Below, piece by piece: positions 37,560-47,166 of a stretch of DNA of 64,000 nt (its first letter is position 1; the number at the start of each line of letters is the position of its first letter). Below the pieces are notes generated by a model. That model was not told the DNA's origin. It made no database searches and was given only the letters and a program-made list of their open reading frames with translations. The stretch is from the NCBI GenBank assembly GCA_963654425.1, contig CAVKAR010000001.1, positions 888 through 64,887 of the forward strand. Reading direction: 5' to 3'. A program made the position numbers and the translations under genes. The stretch comes from Lachnospiraceae bacterium. GTDB taxonomy: Bacteria; Bacillota_I; Bacilli_A; RFN20; CAG-826.

Positions 37560-37586
37560 AGCCAAGATTATAAACCCATACCCTCT

Positions 37587-37602
37587 TTCTAACTAGTTAG
37601 AA
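37587..37602. promoter_or_regulatory. Perfect 16-bp palindrome in the dnaX/prfA divergent region
   Basis: TTCTAACTAGTTAGAA is self-complementary over all 16 nt. It overlaps the expected -35 position of the prfA promoter (TGcTATAAT at 37614-37622). Confidence 0.4.
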
Positions 37603-37643
37603 CATAGGCCAAGTGCTATAATCGCACCGCAAGAGGACGAGAT

Positions 37644-38732
37644 ATGGAAGAAAGCATGCGTAAACGCCTTGAAACGACGAAAAAACGTTTTGAGGAAATC
37701 GAAGAGGAATTGGGCAATGAAGACTTTTCCAACAACGTCCCGAAGTTGACCGCCTTGTCGAAAGAACAAGCTTCATTAAGGGATGCCTATGAAGCTTATT
37801 CTTCGTATTTAAAATTGGAGAAAGACGCCATAGACGCGAATGAAATGGCTAACGGGAGCGATGAAGAGCTTGCTGAACTAGGAAAAGAGGAGAAGAAAGC
37901 CTGCGAAGAGAAGATGGCCGAAATCGAGGTTTCTTTGCGTGAGCTTCTTTTGCCGAAAGACCCCAACGACTCCAAAAACATCATCGTCGAGATAAGGGGT
38001 GCCGTAGGCGGGGATGAGGCCAATATTTTTGCCGGCGACTTGCTTAGAATGTACACCCGTTATAGCGAAAACCAAGGCTGGAAAATACAGTATTTGGATG
38101 GAGAAGAAGGCGCAGCTGGCGGATATTCCTATGTCTCTTTCATGGTCAAAGGGGAGAACGTTTACTCGAAGCTGAAATTCGAGAGCGGCGCCCATCGCGT
38201 CCAAAGGGTCCCTAAGACGGAAGCAAGCGGCAGGATTCACACTTCAACCGCCACCGTTTTGGTGATGCCTGAAGCTGAGGAAGTCGATGTTCAGATAAAC
38301 CCAGCCGATTTGAAAGTCGATACCTATCGTAGCCAAGGCGCTGGCGGCCAAAACGTCAATAAAACCGAGTCGGCTGTGCGCGTCACGCATATTCCGACTG
38401 GCATCGTTGTTTCTTGCCAAACAGAAAAAGCGCAGCTTCAGAATAAGGAAATCTGCATGCGGATGATTCGCGCGAAAGTTAAGGCTTATTATCAAGAGAT
38501 TGAAGATAGCGCTCGCGCCAGCGAAAGGAAACTCAAAGTCGGGACCGGCGAGCGGTCTGAGAAAATCCGCACTTACAACTATCCGCAAAATCGCGTAACC
38601 GATCACCGCATCGGCTTTACCACCAATACGCTCGATCGCGTAATGGAAGGCGAGCTCGACGATATAATCGCCGCTTTGATTCACTTCGATCAGGAGCAAA
38701 AGCTCTTGGAAGAGGAACACAAGAATGGCTAG
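37644..38732 (+). CDS. prfA: Peptide chain release factor 1
   Basis: It has RVQRVPKTEASGRIHTS (PxT region) and the GGQ motif AGGQNVNK. Confidence 0.95.
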   Translation: MEESMRKRLETTKKRFEEIEEELGNEDFSNNVPKLTALSKEQASLRDAYEAYSSYLKLEKDAIDANEMANGSDEELAELGKEEKKACEEKMAEIEVSLRELLLPKDPNDSKNIIVEIRGAVGGDEANIFAGDLLRMYTRYSENQGWKIQYLDGEEGAAGGYSYVSFMVKGENVYSKLKFESGAHRVQRVPKTEASGRIHTSTATVLVMPEAEEVDVQINPADLKVDTYRSQGAGGQNVNKTESAVRVTHIPTGIVVSCQTEKAQLQNKEICMRMIRAKVKAYYQEIEDSARASERKLKVGTGERSEKIRTYNYPQNRVTDHRIGFTTNTLDRVMEGELDDIIAALIHFDQEQKLLEEEHKNG

Positions 38733-39588
38733 TGTCGGGGAAGTCTACAATAAAGCCCTCGCCATCGCGAAAGACAATGATATTTCTGGCGCCGACATCC
38801 GCCGCCTTATCGCTCACGATGAAGGTTTTCATGAGCAAATAGACGTCATTTTCAATCGCGACAAAGAGATGAAAAGCGAAAAGGTTTTCTATTCGCAGCT
38901 AGAAGAGCTCAAAAAAGGAAAACCCGTTGAGTATGTGATGCATGAAGCTTCTTTTTTGCAGAATAAGCTTTACGTTGATGAAAACGTCCTCATCCCTAGA
39001 GGCGAGACTGAGGAATTGGTCGCCCTCATCACCGAGCGAATCCGCGATTATTTTGATCCGCGCAACTATCTAGTTGCCGCCGATATTGGAACGGGGAGCG
39101 GGGCAATCGCCCTCGCCTTAAAGCAGTTTTTCCCCAATTGGCTAATCAGCGCAAGCGATATTTCTTCATCTGCTTTAAGCGTCGCAAAGAAGAACTTCGA
39201 GGCATATAACCTTCCTATCGAAACCGTTGAAGGTGACGCTTTATCGCCATTTATCGCCAAAAAACAAAAATTGGATATCATCGTTTCTAATCCTCCTTAT
39301 ATCTTGAACAAAGAGGATGCGCAGGCATCTGTCCGGGATTATGAGCCAGACAGTGCTCTTTGGTTAGATAAAAATAACAGCGTTTACGAGAAGATATTCG
39401 CAAATGCCGCGAAAGTCAAAAAGCATGCTCTGTTCATGGCCTTTGAGATATCGCCCGATTTGGTGAATTGGCTCATAGAGCTTATGAGCAAGCATCTTGA
39501 AGATTATGAATACGAATTCGTTGACGATTTGAATGGCATGAAACGCTTTTTGTTTGTGTTTCTAAGGGATAATGATGAAAACGCTTAA
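38725..39588 (+). CDS. prmC: Release-factor glutamine N5-methyltransferase
   Basis: It has DIGTGSGAIA and NPPY (IVSNPPYI). Its position after prfA is conserved. Confidence 0.9.
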   Translation: MASVGEVYNKALAIAKDNDISGADIRRLIAHDEGFHEQIDVIFNRDKEMKSEKVFYSQLEELKKGKPVEYVMHEASFLQNKLYVDENVLIPRGETEELVALITERIRDYFDPRNYLVAADIGTGSGAIALALKQFFPNWLISASDISSSALSVAKKNFEAYNLPIETVEGDALSPFIAKKQKLDIIVSNPPYILNKEDAQASVRDYEPDSALWLDKNNSVYEKIFANAAKVKKHALFMAFEISPDLVNWLIELMSKHLEDYEYEFVDDLNGMKRFLFVFLRDNDENA

Positions 39589-40192
39589 ATTCAACGAGTC
39601 AGAAGTAGAAAACGCCGCAGAAGTCCTACGAAATGGAGAAATCCTCGTATTTCCGACGGAAACCGTATATGGGCTAGGAGGCATTTTCGACAATGAATCG
39701 GCCTTCCAAAAAATGGTCGAAATCAAAAGAAGGCCGCCAAATAAACCCTTTTCCCTTATGTGTTCATCATTGAAGGAGGCTCTCCTATATTGCTCAGCAG
39801 AAGGAAAAGCCAAACGCGTCATGGAAAAGTTTTTGCCTGGAGAGCTTACTTTTCTAGTTCGCGCAAAAAAAGATCTGCCAAGCTGGGTAACTCTCGGCAC
39901 CGATGTTATCGGCATCAGGGTTCCGGATGACGACTATATTCGCTCTCTCTTCAAAGCCGTTGGCAAACCCTGTTTAGTGACATCCGCGAATAGAAGCGGC
40001 GAACCGACGAGCCGATATTACGATGAAGTCGTTTCCATATTCGACGGAGAGTGCGCTGGCATCGTTAAAGGCGAATGCACTTCCTTGACGCCTTCGACCA
40101 TCGTCGATTTGAGCAAGGGAGATTCGATATCATTGATTCGCAAGGGGCCAGTCCCTTTTGAGGAGATAGAGAAATATTGGAGGAGCCTATGA
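39572..40192 (+). CDS. tsaC: L-threonylcarbamoyladenylate synthase, YwlC/TsaC (Sua5/YrdC domain only)
   Basis: It has VFPTETVYGLGG and SANRSGEP. Confidence 0.85.
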   Translation: MMKTLKFNESEVENAAEVLRNGEILVFPTETVYGLGGIFDNESAFQKMVEIKRRPPNKPFSLMCSSLKEALLYCSAEGKAKRVMEKFLPGELTFLVRAKKDLPSWVTLGTDVIGIRVPDDDYIRSLFKAVGKPCLVTSANRSGEPTSRYYDEVVSIFDGECAGIVKGECTSLTPSTIVDLSKGDSISLIRKGPVPFEEIEKYWRSL

Positions 40193-40629
40193 TGAAAATT
40201 TCTTTAGGATCAGATCATGCGGGATTAGAGCTTAAATCCGCAATCAAGGAGCACCTAGAAAAGGAAGGATATCAGGTAGTAGACGAAGGAACCTATACTT
40301 CCGATAGCTGCGATTATGCCGATTTTGCCGCCAAGGTCGCATATGATGTCCGAGACAAAAAGGCCGATTTTGGGATTTTATGTTGCGGAACTGGTGAAGG
40401 TATCTCCATTGCCGCGAACAAGGTCAAAGGCATTCGTTGCGGCATCGGATATGATTTGGAAGTGGCGAAATTGACGCGCCAGCACAATGACGCGAACATG
40501 ATTGCTTTCGGCGCGAGGTTCATGAAAACGGAAGATGTCTTAGCCCGCGTTGACGCCTTCTTATCAACTCCATTCGAGGGTGGGCGTCACCAAAAAAGGA
40601 TCGAAAAAATCGCTGAACTCGAAAAATAA
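40189..40629 (+). CDS. rpiB: Ribose-5-phosphate isomerase B
   Basis: It has MKISLGSDHAG and CGTGEGISIAANK. GGAGG RBS lies before the ATG at 40189. Confidence 0.9.
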   Translation: MMKISLGSDHAGLELKSAIKEHLEKEGYQVVDEGTYTSDSCDYADFAAKVAYDVRDKKADFGILCCGTGEGISIAANKVKGIRCGIGYDLEVAKLTRQHNDANMIAFGARFMKTEDVLARVDAFLSTPFEGGRHQKRIEKIAELEK

Positions 40630-40637
40630 AAGCAAAG

Positions 40638-40676
40638 AAGCCCCGACTAGTTTCCTTAAAGCGGGGTTTTCTTTTT
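40638..40676 (+). terminator. Rho-independent terminator after rpiB
   Basis: The GCCCCG … CGGGGT stem is followed by TTTTCTTTTT. Confidence 0.65.
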
Positions 40677-40707
40677 GCGAAAATAGCGAAAACCACTCTA
40701 TTAATGG

Positions 40708-41862
40708 GTGATGAAAGAGAATGGTTTCGTATGTCCAAAGTGCGGAAATGAAGAAGAGCGCTATATCGGCTATCTCAATGGGCAGCCATATTGCCGAAGA
40801 TGCATTTCCTTCATTGGCGAAATGGCTCCTCCTTCAGAGGTCAAGCCGAGTGAAGCCCCGCTCATTCTGCATTATCCATTAAGCGACGACCAAAAGAGAA
40901 TATCGGAAAAAATACAGCAAAATTATTTAATGGGAATAGACACTTTAGTCTATGCTGTTTGCGGAGCTGGAAAAACAGAGCTAAGCTACGGTGTGATCGC
41001 TTTAGCGTTACGGGCTGGGAAACAAGTGGGATTCGCCCTTCCTAGGCGTGATGTCGTCATCGAGCTTTATTGGCGCATAAAAGAAGCTTTCCCGGAAAAT
41101 AAGGTTGTCGCTGTCTATGGCGAGCATACATATGATTTGTCTGGCGACATCATCATCTTGACCACTCATCAGCTTTACCGTTATCCGCATTATTTCGATT
41201 TGCTCGTCATGGATGAGATAGATGCCTTTCCGTTTAAGGGAAACGACGTTCTTATTGCGATGTATGAGGCCTCGAAAAAAGGGCCTTGCGTCATGATGAG
41301 CGCAACTCCTTCTCCAGCCTTGATCAAGGAGTTCAAAAAGCCCAATCACGATATTGTCGAATTACGCACTCGCTTCCATAAGAAGCCAATACCGGTACCT
41401 CGCTTCGTAAGGCTTCCTTCTACACTTCAAAAGGTCTATCTCATAAAAAAGATAAGAGAATACAAATCTAAGAAAAAGCCTTGTTTTATCTTTGTATCGA
41501 CGATTGAGAAATGCAGGGATATTTTTCGTTTTCTCCGCATTTTCGAGGCAAACGGGAATTATGTGAGCAGCGTTAGGAAGAAGCGTGATGAGATTATCAG
41601 CGACTTCAAAAAAGGAAAGTATCAGTACTTGGTTACAACCTCTGTCCTTGAACGCGGGGTAACCATCAAGAATCTTCAAATCATTGTCTTTGGTAGCGAC
41701 GATGACCGTGTCTATTCCTCTAGCACTCTTATCCAAATCGCCGGTAGGGCTGGGCGAAAGATGGACGCTCCGAATGGCGAGGTGATTTTTTTGTCTACAC
41801 GCGTGAATGCGTCGATGGAGAAAGCCAAGAATGAAATCGAATTCTGCAACACGTTTTTGTAA
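40708..41862 (+). CDS. comFA: ComFA-like DEAD/DEAH-box helicase
   Basis: It has an N-terminal zinc ribbon (CPKCGN…CRRC), Walker A CGAGKTE and the DExD-like VMDEID. The start is GTG at 40708 or ATG at 40711. Confidence 0.8.
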   Translation: MMKENGFVCPKCGNEEERYIGYLNGQPYCRRCISFIGEMAPPSEVKPSEAPLILHYPLSDDQKRISEKIQQNYLMGIDTLVYAVCGAGKTELSYGVIALALRAGKQVGFALPRRDVVIELYWRIKEAFPENKVVAVYGEHTYDLSGDIIILTTHQLYRYPHYFDLLVMDEIDAFPFKGNDVLIAMYEASKKGPCVMMSATPSPALIKEFKKPNHDIVELRTRFHKKPIPVPRFVRLPSTLQKVYLIKKIREYKSKKKPCFIFVSTIEKCRDIFRFLRIFEANGNYVSSVRKKRDEIISDFKKGKYQYLVTTSVLERGVTIKNLQIIVFGSDDDRVYSSSTLIQIAGRAGRKMDAPNGEVIFLSTRVNASMEKAKNEIEFCNTFL

Positions 41863-42457
41863 GATCTGCTTCAATGAGATCAAAGACGTCTTTTTGGCGG
41901 AATTATGGGGGCATAAGCGACTGATCTGCTCGCGTTGCCGCCATAAAATGAACCCTTCGCTTGAACACTTCAAAATGAAGGGCGTCCCCATAACAAGCGT
42001 CTACGATTACAATGATGAAATAAGGAACCTGCTCTTTCTTTTCAAAGGGTGCGGCGATGTTGAGCTTGCCCCCGTTTTCCTAGGGGAGCAGTCGCGCCTC
42101 CTGCACCTGATTTTTCACGATTTTTATTTAGTGAATTCCCCAAGTTATCACACAAGAGATGAGAAACGTGGATTCTCTCACGTGAAAGAGATGTTCAAGG
42201 TGCTGAATTTGCCTTTTATTGATTGCTTGGAAAAAAGCAAGGACGTCAAGCAAGCGGATTTGAAATACAAAGACAGATTGAAGGTTGGCGAATATATAAA
42301 AATCAAGGGCTCGCCAAAAATAAAAGGGAAAAAGATCCTCTTCGTGGACGATGTGTTGACTAGCGGGGCGACCTCTATGGCCTCGGTATCGCTTTTGAAG
42401 GAAAGAGGGGCTAAAGATGTGCGTGTTTTGGTTATGGCGCATACCCACTTGTCGTAA
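41831..42457 (+). CDS. comFC: ComFC-like phosphoribosyltransferase-domain protein
   Basis: It has CKIC…CSRC cysteine pairs and the PRTase motif ILFVDDVLTSGAT. GGAG RBS lies before the ATG at 41831. It overlaps the comFA end. Confidence 0.8.
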   Translation: MKSNSATRFCKICFNEIKDVFLAELWGHKRLICSRCRHKMNPSLEHFKMKGVPITSVYDYNDEIRNLLFLFKGCGDVELAPVFLGEQSRLLHLIFHDFYLVNSPSYHTRDEKRGFSHVKEMFKVLNLPFIDCLEKSKDVKQADLKYKDRLKVGEYIKIKGSPKIKGKKILFVDDVLTSGATSMASVSLLKERGAKDVRVLVMAHTHLS

Positions 42458-42514
42458 TTGCTTACAATTACGCGCAATGGTAGAATTCTAAAGATTTTCG
42501 TTCGAGGTAACAAA

Positions 42515-44983
42515 ATGGCTAATTTTATCGAAAAACTCTTCCGACTTGAGCAAAGGGAAGTCAATAAATACGCAAGGGAAGCCGAGCATATCCTTGCTTA
42601 CGATGAAACAATGGGGAAATTGAGCGACGAAGAGCTCATTGCCAAAACAAAAGAATTCCAGGAAAGGCTCCAGAAAGGCGAGCCGCTCGAGTCGATCAAA
42701 TACGAAGCCTTTGCGGTTTGTCGCGAAGCCGCGTGGCGCGTTTTAAAGCAAAAGCCGTTCAAGGTTCAGATCATGGGCGCCCTTGTTTTGAACAACGGCG
42801 ATATCGCCGAAATGAGGACTGGCGAAGGCAAGACTTTGACGGCAACGATGGCCGTTTATCTAAACGCATTGACTGGCAAAGGCGTGCACGTTGTCACCGT
42901 AAACGAATACCTCGCTGAGCGTGATGCTGAGTGGATGGGCCAAATTTATCGTTGGCTCGGTTTGACGGTTGGCGTCAACTTAGCCAAAAAGAGCCCTGAG
43001 GAAAAGCGCGAAGCCTATGCTTGCGATATCACTTACACAACGAACTCTGAATTGGGCTTTGATTATCTTCGTGACAACATGGCTCCGAATCTTCGTGGTC
43101 GTGTTTTGCGAGGGCTCGAATTCGCGATTGTCGATGAAGCCGACTCAATTTTGATTGATGAATCACGCACCCCTCTTATCATCTCTGGCGGAAGCCGTGC
43201 CCCAGCAAGCCAATACCAAGTTGCCGACCGCTTTGTCAAATATCTCAAAAAGGACGTTGATTACGAAATCGACGTCAAGGACAAAACCTGCTCTTTGACT
43301 GATTCCGGCAACGAAAAGGCTGAGAAAATGTTCGGGATCCGCAATCTTTACGATCCCGAGAACCAAGATCTTGTTCACCGCATTCACCAAGCTCTTAAAG
43401 CCAATTACATCATGGCAAGAGACGTTGAATACATGGTCGACAAAAACCGCCAGATTCAATTAATCGATCAATTCACCGGGCGTATTATGCCAGGGCGTGA
43501 ATACAATGACGGGCTTCAGCAAGCCATCCAAGCCAAGGAAGGCGTGGAAATCAAACAAGAGACGACCGTCATGGCGACGATCACTTATCAGAATTTCTTC
43601 CGTCTTTACCACAAACTCTCCGGTATGACCGGTACCGCCAAAACCGAGGAAGAGGAATTCAACACTATCTATAACATGAAGTGCGTGATTATCCCTCCAA
43701 ATCGCCCTATCCAAAGAAAGGACGACACCGATTTGATTTTCGCGACTCATAACGCCAAATTGAAAGCCCTCGTCAAAGAAGTCCAGGAGCGTCATGCCAA
43801 AGGACAGCCGATCCTTATCGGCACGGTCTCGGTTGAAAGCAACGAGGAGATTTCGCGTTTGCTTACCGAAGCAAAAGTCCCACATGAAGTATTGAATGCC
43901 AAAAACCAAGCACGTGAAGCCGAAATCATCTCTCACGCCGGTGAGCAAGGCGCCGTCACTTTGGCCACTAACATGGCTGGTCGCGGTACCGATATCAAAC
44001 TCGGTCCCGGCGTCAAAGAATTAGGCGGTTTATGCGTTTTGGGTACTGAGCGTCATGAATCAAGACGTATCGATAATCAGCTTCGCGGTCGTGCCGGCCG
44101 CCAAGGCGACCCAGGTTATAGCCGCTTCTTCGTTTCCTTCGACGATGATTTAATGAGGCGTTTCGCGCCTGAAAATCTCCGCAAACTCTTCACTGAAAGT
44201 TTGCAGGATGATTCTTACGAGAACAGAATGCTCACAAATGCGGTTACGAATGCCCAAAAGCAAATCGAAGGCAAAAACTTCGATATCCGCAAAAACCTCA
44301 AAGACTATGACGATGTTTTGGCCAAGCAAAGGCAAATCATCTATAACAAGCGCGACTCGATTCTCTTTGCTGAGGATATCGTCAACATGGTTCACGATTT
44401 CTTCTCCACGGCTGGCAATTATTTGGCCAATAAAGCCGTTGACCCGGATTCTTCCATCGGCGAAATCTCGGGTGAATCCCTGAAACGTTTAGTGGAACCG
44501 CGCTTCATGCCGGAAGGAAGCCTCAATGTGGCTGCTTTCGATGGGGCGGCAGCCGAGGAATGCGGTTACGATTTAGGAGAGCTTCTCTACAATAGATATG
44601 TTGAAAAGAGAAAGCAGTGGCCAAACGAGGTCGCTGACCAGGTTGAGCGCCAGATTTCGCTGAGCGTCATCGATAGGAATTGGCAAAAGCACATCGACAC
44701 GATGGCGCATTTGCGTGAGGGTATCAACCTTCGTAGCTATGCCCAGACCAACCCGCTTCAGGATTACGTCAACGAAGGTTATGACCTTTTCCGGGAAATG
44801 AACGAGAAAGTCGCGGTCGATACCGCCTTTAACCTCTTGAATGTGCAAATCGTGAAGAAAGCGCCAGAAGCGCCAGTCGAAAACCCGAAAGAAGTTAAAC
44901 CAGAGGCGATCGAGGCTAACGAGAAGCCCGCTGAAACAAAACCAAGCGAAGAAAGCAAACCAGCTGACACTGATAATAAATAA
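42515..44983 (+). CDS. secA: Preprotein translocase ATPase SecA
   Basis: It has MANFIEKLF…, MRTGEGKTL and DEADSILIDE. The C-terminus is a Lys/Glu/Pro-rich tail without the usual zinc-finger cysteines. Confidence 0.95.
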   Translation: MANFIEKLFRLEQREVNKYAREAEHILAYDETMGKLSDEELIAKTKEFQERLQKGEPLESIKYEAFAVCREAAWRVLKQKPFKVQIMGALVLNNGDIAEMRTGEGKTLTATMAVYLNALTGKGVHVVTVNEYLAERDAEWMGQIYRWLGLTVGVNLAKKSPEEKREAYACDITYTTNSELGFDYLRDNMAPNLRGRVLRGLEFAIVDEADSILIDESRTPLIISGGSRAPASQYQVADRFVKYLKKDVDYEIDVKDKTCSLTDSGNEKAEKMFGIRNLYDPENQDLVHRIHQALKANYIMARDVEYMVDKNRQIQLIDQFTGRIMPGREYNDGLQQAIQAKEGVEIKQETTVMATITYQNFFRLYHKLSGMTGTAKTEEEEFNTIYNMKCVIIPPNRPIQRKDDTDLIFATHNAKLKALVKEVQERHAKGQPILIGTVSVESNEEISRLLTEAKVPHEVLNAKNQAREAEIISHAGEQGAVTLATNMAGRGTDIKLGPGVKELGGLCVLGTERHESRRIDNQLRGRAGRQGDPGYSRFFVSFDDDLMRRFAPENLRKLFTESLQDDSYENRMLTNAVTNAQKQIEGKNFDIRKNLKDYDDVLAKQRQIIYNKRDSILFAEDIVNMVHDFFSTAGNYLANKAVDPDSSIGEISGESLKRLVEPRFMPEGSLNVAAFDGAAAEECGYDLGELLYNRYVEKRKQWPNEVADQVERQISLSVIDRNWQKHIDTMAHLREGINLRSYAQTNPLQDYVNEGYDLFREMNEKVAVDTAFNLLNVQIVKKAPEAPVENPKEVKPEAIEANEKPAETKPSEESKPADTDNK

Positions 44984-44998
44984 GGAATAAAGGAATAA

Positions 44999-46118
44999 AT
45001 GGAAGAGCTAGTCGAATTAAAGCAAAAAGCGGATAAGTTATCCGTTCTTGTCTCGCAGCTCGGTGATTCTCTTTGACCTCGATGCGTTAAGTAAAAGAAT
45101 CGCCGAACTCGATGAAAAACAAAACCAAGAGGGTTTTTGGAATGACCAAAGGGCAGCCTTGCTAGTCGTGAACGAACTTGCCGATGCCCGAAAGAAAGTC
45201 GAGTCATACAAAAGGATACAAGAAGACTATAAAGACCTATCGGAGCTGCTTTCCTCATCGATTGACGATAAAGAGATGATCGATCTCGTCAAAATGATGG
45301 AAAGCGATCTGGATGAAAATATCTCGGAATTGAGGAATCTTTTATTGTTCTCAGGCGAGTTCGACGCCCTTAATTGCACGCTGGATATCCATCCAGGCGC
45401 CGGCGGCACCGAAGCGCAAGACTGGGCCGACATGCTTTTTAGGATGTATGGAAGATACTGCGAAAGAAATAAGCTCAAATGGCAGGTTTTAGCCTATGAA
45501 GACGGAGATGAAGCGGGACTCAAAAGCGCAACCGTAAAGATATCAGGGCATAACGCCTACGGCTTATTGAAAGGCGAGAAAGGCGTTCATCGTTTGGTCA
45601 GGATTTCGCCTTTTGACGCCAATGCGAGAAGGCATACCTCGTTTGCCTCAGTCAATGTCGTCCCTGAATTCGGGGAAGTGAGCGATGTCGAAATAAGGCC
45701 AGAGGATTTGAAGGTCGACACCTTCAGAAGCGGCGGAGCCGGCGGACAAAACGTCAATAAAGTATCAAGCGCCGTACGCATTACGCATCTCCCCTCAGGC
45801 ATCGTCGTCCAATGCGAAATCGAACGCAGCCAATTGATGAATAAGGCAACCTGCATGGAAATGCTGCGCGATAAGCTTATGCAAAAGAAAGTCGAAGAGC
45901 GCGACGCTCAGATGAAATCCATTGTCGGCGAGCAGAAAAACATCGAATGGGGCTCTCAGATCCGCAGCTATGTCTTTTGCCCCTACACCATGGTCAAGGA
46001 TCATCGAACCGGAGAAGAAACATCTGATGTCAATGGCGTGATGGACGGAAACATTGAGCGTTTCCTTTATGCTTATTTAGAGATGGAGAGTCGTAAAAAT
46101 GTCGTTGCTAAAAAGTAA
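44999..46118 (+). CDS. prfB: Peptide chain release factor 2, requiring a programmed +1 frameshift (join 44999..45073, 45075..46118)
   Basis: Frame 0 encodes MEELVELKQKADKLSVLVSQLGDSL and then TGA. The +1 frame continues DLDALSKRIAELDEK…. The SPF and GGQ motifs are present. Confidence 0.93.
45062..45077 (+). other. RF2 autoregulatory recoding site
   Basis: GGTGAT (SD-like) is followed by TCT and then CTT TGA C. The spacing and slippery CUU-UGA-C match the canonical prfB site. Confidence 0.85.
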
Positions 46119-47166
46119 GAAAAAGATGAGCAAAGCGGAGAAACTGAGGATTCTTCGCAACTATTCCTTAGTGCTCCTTGCTTGCATCGTTCTTTCTTTT
46201 GGTGATGCCGCCTTTATCACTCCGTGCAATATCGTAAGTGGAGGTGTGGCCTCAATCGGCATTATCGCCAACCATTATCTTGAACCGCTCCTTGGCTTTG
46301 ACACGAATTCCATGGTTGTCGCTATCGTGCAAGTGGTTCTTCTCATCATTGGGTTTTTGATATTGGGGAAGGAATTTGCCATGAAGACGGCCTTCGCTTC
46401 CTTGGTCTATCCCGCCATATTCGCTTTGTTTATGTGGCTAGATATCGGGAGCCTTCTTGGTTTATCGACGATGTATGAAGAAGTGGCGAATGGAGATATC
46501 GGCTATTCCATTTTGGCAGGCCTTTTCGGCGGAGCGCTTGTTGGAACTGGCGTTGCTTTAGGTTACTTAGGCAATGGATCCACTGGCGGATTAGACGTAA
46601 TAAGCGGGATTATCGCGAAATATAGCGATGTAAAGCAAGACGTGTCCGGCTTTATCATCGACGCCACATTGGTTGTGATCGGCATCATCATCTACCGCAA
46701 CATCGTTTCGGGCCTAATAGGCATTCTTTCCGCTTTCGCATGCGCCCTTGCGGTCCAATACATCTATATATCCATGAATTCGTATGTCATTGTAGACATC
46801 ATCTCTGACAAAGTCGAAGAGATAAAATCGTATATTCATCAGGAGATGGAACACGCGACCACGATTATCGATGCCGTGGGCGGATATACTGGTGAAAAAA
46901 GGAAGATGATCAGAGTCGTCATCTATCACGAAGAGCAAGCCGAGCTACGCCAGCTTGTGGCCGATGTCGATCCAAAGGCTTTTATGTCCATAACGACGGC
47001 CAAAGCCATCAATGGCGAAGGTTTCGAGCCGCTTATGGTAAGAAACCATTCTCCGCGTTTTTTCAAAAGAAAGCATATCGCCATTAATGGCAGCGAAAGC
47101 GGAAATCTTTCGCAAAACAGCCGCCAAAATTCGGATAATGAAAACAAGGGCGAAGGGAACGAATAA
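46099..47166 (+). CDS. YitT-family membrane protein (DUF2179 C-terminal domain)
   Basis: A multi-TM N-terminus is followed by a soluble domain (ATTIIDAVGGYTGEKRKMIRVVI). The tail is Asn/Ser-rich. Confidence 0.75.
   Translation: MSLLKSKKKMSKAEKLRILRNYSLVLLACIVLSFGDAAFITPCNIVSGGVASIGIIANHYLEPLLGFDTNSMVVAIVQVVLLIIGFLILGKEFAMKTAFASLVYPAIFALFMWLDIGSLLGLSTMYEEVANGDIGYSILAGLFGGALVGTGVALGYLGNGSTGGLDVISGIIAKYSDVKQDVSGFIIDATLVVIGIIIYRNIVSGLIGILSAFACALAVQYIYISMNSYVIVDIISDKVEEIKSYIHQEMEHATTIIDAVGGYTGEKRKMIRVVIYHEEQAELRQLVADVDPKAFMSITTAKAINGEGFEPLMVRNHSPRFFKRKHIAINGSESGNLSQNSRQNSDNENKGEGNE

Noticed and set aside
37560-37643. SRP RNA (ffs), which usually lies upstream of dnaX in Firmicutes
   Set aside because: The spacer is only about 80 bp and is occupied by divergent promoters and a palindrome. 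No SRP-like helix was seen.
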